A stretch of DNA of 9,432 nucleotides, taken from IMG/VR virus record IMGVR_UViG_2585427739_000008, positions 1 to 9,432 of that record, one strand, 5' to 3'. The notes beneath the pieces are model-generated. The model was not told where the DNA came from. It searched no databases and saw only the letters and a list, made by a program, of their open reading frames with translations. The DNA comes from a virus. Taxonomy: Duplodnaviria; Heunggongvirae; Uroviricota; Caudoviricetes. Position numbers and translations under genes: made by a program. Shown here one piece after another: positions 7,701-9,432 of the stretch. Numbering within the stretch: position 1 is the stretch's first letter; each line of letters opens with the position of its first letter.

Positions 7701-8570
7701 CGTGGGTTTGATAGCACCGGTAATTCTCTCGCGTGGGCGTTGGGTTCATCAGTCGGCGTAAGTAAGATGCTGTCGCTAAAAAATTTCTTTAGCGGAGCTG
7801 AGATACTGTTAAATGGTAATGACGGCGCGGTTCAACTCAAAACAGGTGCTGTTAACGGGGCTACAGCGCAGGCGCTAACCATCAACAAAGATGAGGTTAA
7901 CTCAACTGCCGATTTAGTAATTAGAAAACAAACAGGGACTGGCAATCGTTTTGCTTTACTTAATTCAGGTAATTCAGAACTACCAGTTGGTATCAGGGTG
8001 TGGGGTTCCAGTACTCGACAAAACGTTTTTGAGGTTGGCACGTCTGCTGCGTATCTGTTTTATGCGCAAAAAACGTCAGCAGGCCAGTTGTTTGATGTAA
8101 ATGGCGCTATTAATTGCACAACGCTGAATCAGTCATCAGACCGCGACCTTAAAGACGATATTCTCGTTATCAGCGACGCGACGAAAGCAATCCGTAAAAT
8201 GAACGGATACACCTACACGCTCAGGGAAAACGGGATGCCTTATGCTGGCGTTATTGCACAGGAAGTAATGGAGGCGATACCAGAAGCTGTGGGATCGTTT
8301 ACTCATTATGGTGAAGAGTTGCAAGGTCCGACCATTGACGGCAACGAGCTACGCGAAGAAACGCGCTATCTTAATGTTGACTACGCCGCCGTGACGGGCT
8401 TACTTGTTCAGTTCGCCCGTGAAACAGATGATCGCGTTACCGCGCTGGAAGAGGAAAACACAACGCTACGTCAAAATCTGGCAACAGCAGACACCCGGAT
8501 CAGCACTCTGGAAAATCAGGTAAGCGAACTGGTTGCACTTGTCCGGCAGTTAACAGGAAGCGAACATTGA
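4797..8570 (+). CDS. stf: side tail fiber protein, mosaic: lambda Stf-like N-terminus, Ala/Ser-rich shaft, unrelated distal module, C-terminal intramolecular chaperone domain
   Basis: From the ATG at 4797 the protein begins MAVKISGVLKDGAGKPVQNCTIQLKAKRNSTTV..., near-identical to the lambda Stf N-terminus. The ORF track starts at an in-frame GTG at 4791. The gene is 1257 codons from the ATG, with a GGGGTGA Shine-Dalgarno just upstream and a stop at 8568-8570. Confidence 0.85.
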   Translation: MAVKISGVLKDGAGKPVQNCTIQLKAKRNSTTVVANTVASENPDEAGRYSMDVEYGQYSVILLVEGFPPSHAGTITVYEDSQPGTLNDFLGAMTEDDVRPEALRRFELMVEEVARNASAVAQNTAAAKKSASDARTSAREAATHATDAADSARAASTSAGQAASSAQSASSSAGTASTKATEASKSADAAESSKSAAATSAGAAKTSETNAAASQKSAATSASTATTKASEAATSARDASASKVAAKSSETSAASSAGSAASSATAAGNSAKAAKTSETNADNSAQAAADSQTASANSATAAKKSETNAKNSESAAKVSETNAKASENKAKEYLDKVGGLVSPMTQYDWPVVTGNESFYIKIAKLSDPGSNNCHVTLMVTNGGDYGSPYGNIDFIEISARGLPSSLTADNVSRYLSIRRLGPTGLINSMQMRYGLVKDDGFIEVWAFQRAFINGAKVAVLAQTARTELYIPDGFVKQTAAPSGYVESPVVRIYDQLNKPTKADLGLSNAMLTGAFGLGGSGISTNGKMSDVEILKALRDKGGHFWRGDKPTGSTATIYSHGSGIFSRCGDTWSAINIDYSTAKIKIYAGNDARLNNGTFSINELYGSANKPSKSDVGLGNVTNDAQVKKTGDTMTCDLTIKKGTPSAFLRADSGVTALRFYTGDNTERGIIYAGPNTDSLGEVRIRAKTAGGTSGGDLVVRHDGRVEVRDLTVAYKIKSRTIEIANTDTDSSATTLSIYGVQHTPLVLTRSGSSENVSIGFKLDNVNPKYLGIDTNGDLAFGESPDQKQNSKLITQAKLDKGLTIGGQLAFKGTTAFSAAATFSAGIAGAIEPENIGGQKVDLNNLTIRSDAGAVKYYSCPSSGGGANITNKPDGVTGNFLLRVESTRKVSASDYANMQTLISNDTKRIYVRFVVNGNWTAWSQVVVSGWNQDITVRSLTTSSPVKSGGGRIDVLGSTSDYSKMDCFVRGFDSTGNSLAWALGSSVGVSKMLSLKNFFSGAEILLNGNDGAVQLKTGAVNGATAQALTINKDEVNSTADLVIRKQTGTGNRFALLNSGNSELPVGIRVWGSSTRQNVFEVGTSAAYLFYAQKTSAGQLFDVNGAINCTTLNQSSDRDLKDDILVISDATKAIRKMNGYTYTLRENGMPYAGVIAQEVMEAIPEAVGSFTHYGEELQGPTIDGNELREETRYLNVDYAAVTGLLVQFARETDDRVTALEEENTTLRQNLATADTRISTLENQVSELVALVRQLTGSEH
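5110..5790 (+). repeat. degenerate Ala/Ser/Thr-rich coding repeats within stf (recurring AAKTSETNA-like units)
   Basis: GC-rich low-complexity stretch. The motif gcnaaaacgtc(a/t)ga(a/g)acgaatgc recurs at about 5404, 5614, 5700 and 5750. It corresponds to the Ala-rich shaft region of lambda Stf. Confidence 0.6.
8136..8567 (+). other. C-terminal intramolecular chaperone domain (peptidase S74-like, self-cleaving) of the tail fiber
   Basis: The last ~144 codons begin with S-D-R-D-L-K (Ser codon 8136-8138, Lys codon 8151-8153), matching the Ser...Lys dyad spacing (SDRxLK) of autoproteolytic chaperone domains in phage endosialidases, T5 L-shaped fibers and MYRF. This is followed by ...KMNGYTYTL... 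and a coiled-coil-like tail. Confidence 0.6.
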
Positions 8571-8745
8571 TATCCTTCAAGCTCTGAAGGAGGCTGTTCC
8601 CGGTACGTTCAGACTGTTGTTGAGCTGGAAATCGCAACGGAGGAAGAAACCTTGTTGCTGGAAGCCTGGAAAAAGTATCGGGTGTTGCTGAACCGTGTTG
8701 ATACGTCAACTGCACAGGATATTGAATGGCCAGCACTGCCGTAGG
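8571..8745 (+). pseudogene. tfa: tail fiber assembly protein (Tfa) C-terminal remnant, no start codon
   Basis: Immediately after the stf stop, in the same frame, the sequence translates as ...[42 protein letters not shown]. This matches the conserved C-terminus of Tfa/U-type chaperones. There is no in-frame start, so only about 58 codons remain. Confidence 0.55.
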
Positions 8746-8841
8746 GTAAAACATATAAATTCTATAATTAGATGTATCTTTCCATTTACGGCAAGGAAGG
8801 GGGCTTGGAAGACGTAAAGCATCTCACACCGAGATTATTTT

Positions 8842-9432
8842 TTATATGTCAGGTGTCTGAAGTTTTGCTTTGGCTCTTAAAATGGTTTGCCGCGAGGTTT
8901 TGAATTCCCGGGCAATGGCACTTATACTTACACCTGACTTAATTCGTTCGAATACCACCTGTTTCTGTTCTTCATTTAACACAGGTGGTCGACCAAAACG
9001 TTTCCCTGCGCCGCGGGCTCTTACTATCCCGGAATGAGTGCGTTCAAGTAAAAGGTCTCGTTCAAATTCAGCGACTGCTGAAATTACGTGCATCATCATT
9101 TTTCCTGTTGGACTGGTCAGGTCAATGCCCCCCAATGCTAAGCAATGCACTCTGATACCTGTTTCGGTCAGTTGTTCCACTGTTTTCCTGATATCCATTG
9201 CATTACAACCAAGGCGATCCAGTTTTGTCACAATCAATTGATCACCACATTTCAGGCGAGCAAGCAACCGGTTAAAACCAGGACGCTCACTGGTTGCTGC
9301 TGAGCCGCTAATGTGTTCTTCGATTATTTGCTGAGGTTTGATTTTAAAACCTGCACTTTCGATTTCCCGGCGTTGATTTTCGGTGGTCTGATCCAGCGTT
9401 GATATCCGACAGTAAGCAAAAATTCGAGACAT
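8842..9432 (-). CDS. pin: serine recombinase, Pin/Gin/Hin-family DNA invertase (196 aa; resembles PinR/PinQ of E. coli cryptic prophages)
   Basis: The minus-strand ORF begins [20 protein letters not shown]... (catalytic Ser in the YxRxST motif) and has a C-terminal helix-turn-helix ([18 protein letters not shown]). Its start codon is the last three bases of the window. It is convergent with stf/tfa, as in Rac-type prophages. Confidence 0.9.
   Translation of the reverse strand: MSRIFAYCRISTLDQTTENQRREIESAGFKIKPQQIIEEHISGSAATSERPGFNRLLARLKCGDQLIVTKLDRLGCNAMDIRKTVEQLTETGIRVHCLALGGIDLTSPTGKMMMHVISAVAEFERDLLLERTHSGIVRARGAGKRFGRPPVLNEEQKQVVFERIKSGVSISAIAREFKTSRQTILRAKAKLQTPDI

Noticed and set aside
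6409-8324. Short ORFs inside stf in other frames or on the minus strand (6409-6660, 6554-6763, 7832-8041, 8136-8324)
   Set aside because: Internal to the stf reading frame, short, and without translation signals.
8500-8754. 84-aa minus-strand ORF spanning the stf end and the tfa remnant
   Set aside because: Antisense to sequence whose plus-strand translation matches conserved Tfa and fiber C-termini. No support as a gene.
8571-8850. Candidate gix/pix-type crossover sites or an invertible segment next to pin
   Set aside because: Only weak, short inverted repeats are present (for example gccgta at 8738-8743 and tacggc at 8778-8783). Nothing resembles the 26-bp imperfect palindromes used by Gin/Hin/Pin, and there is no second, inverted fiber-tip/tfa copy.
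9038-9241. 67-aa plus-strand ORF inside pin
   Set aside because: Antisense to the well-supported invertase gene.
1-9432. CRISPR arrays, tRNA or rRNA genes, toxin-antitoxin or defence-island genes
   Set aside because: No direct-repeat/spacer periodicity, no tRNA-like cloverleaf candidates, and every sizeable ORF is accounted for by IS1 or lambdoid late-region homologues.

Overview
This window reads as the late/tail end of a defective lambdoid prophage of the Rac/Qin type from an enterobacterium (E. coli/Shigella-like), bounded on the left by the last 300 bp of an IS1 element. Left to right: IS1 right end (insB 3' part); a small unknown ORF; a lambda-like cos region (cosN-like core about 185 bp upstream of a Nu1-like start codon); deletion-fused fragments of terminase small subunit, terminase large subunit (gpA family) and the C-terminal ~820 codons of tail-tip protein J; an intact lom gene flanked by two rho-independent terminators; a 1257-codon mosaic side tail fiber gene (lambda-like N-terminus, Ala/Ser-rich repeats, a lower-GC distal module, and a C-terminal self-cleaving intramolecular chaperone domain); an in-frame remnant of a tail fiber assembly gene; and a convergent Pin-family serine invertase gene. 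I found no tRNA, rRNA or CRISPR array, and no convincing evidence of a novel defence or other undescribed system. The most interesting signals are the chimeric tail fiber with its replaced chaperone, the apparently orphan invertase, and the nested deletion scars next to a retained cos site. All homology statements come from reading the translations and from memory of lambda and IS1 proteins; no database search was run.
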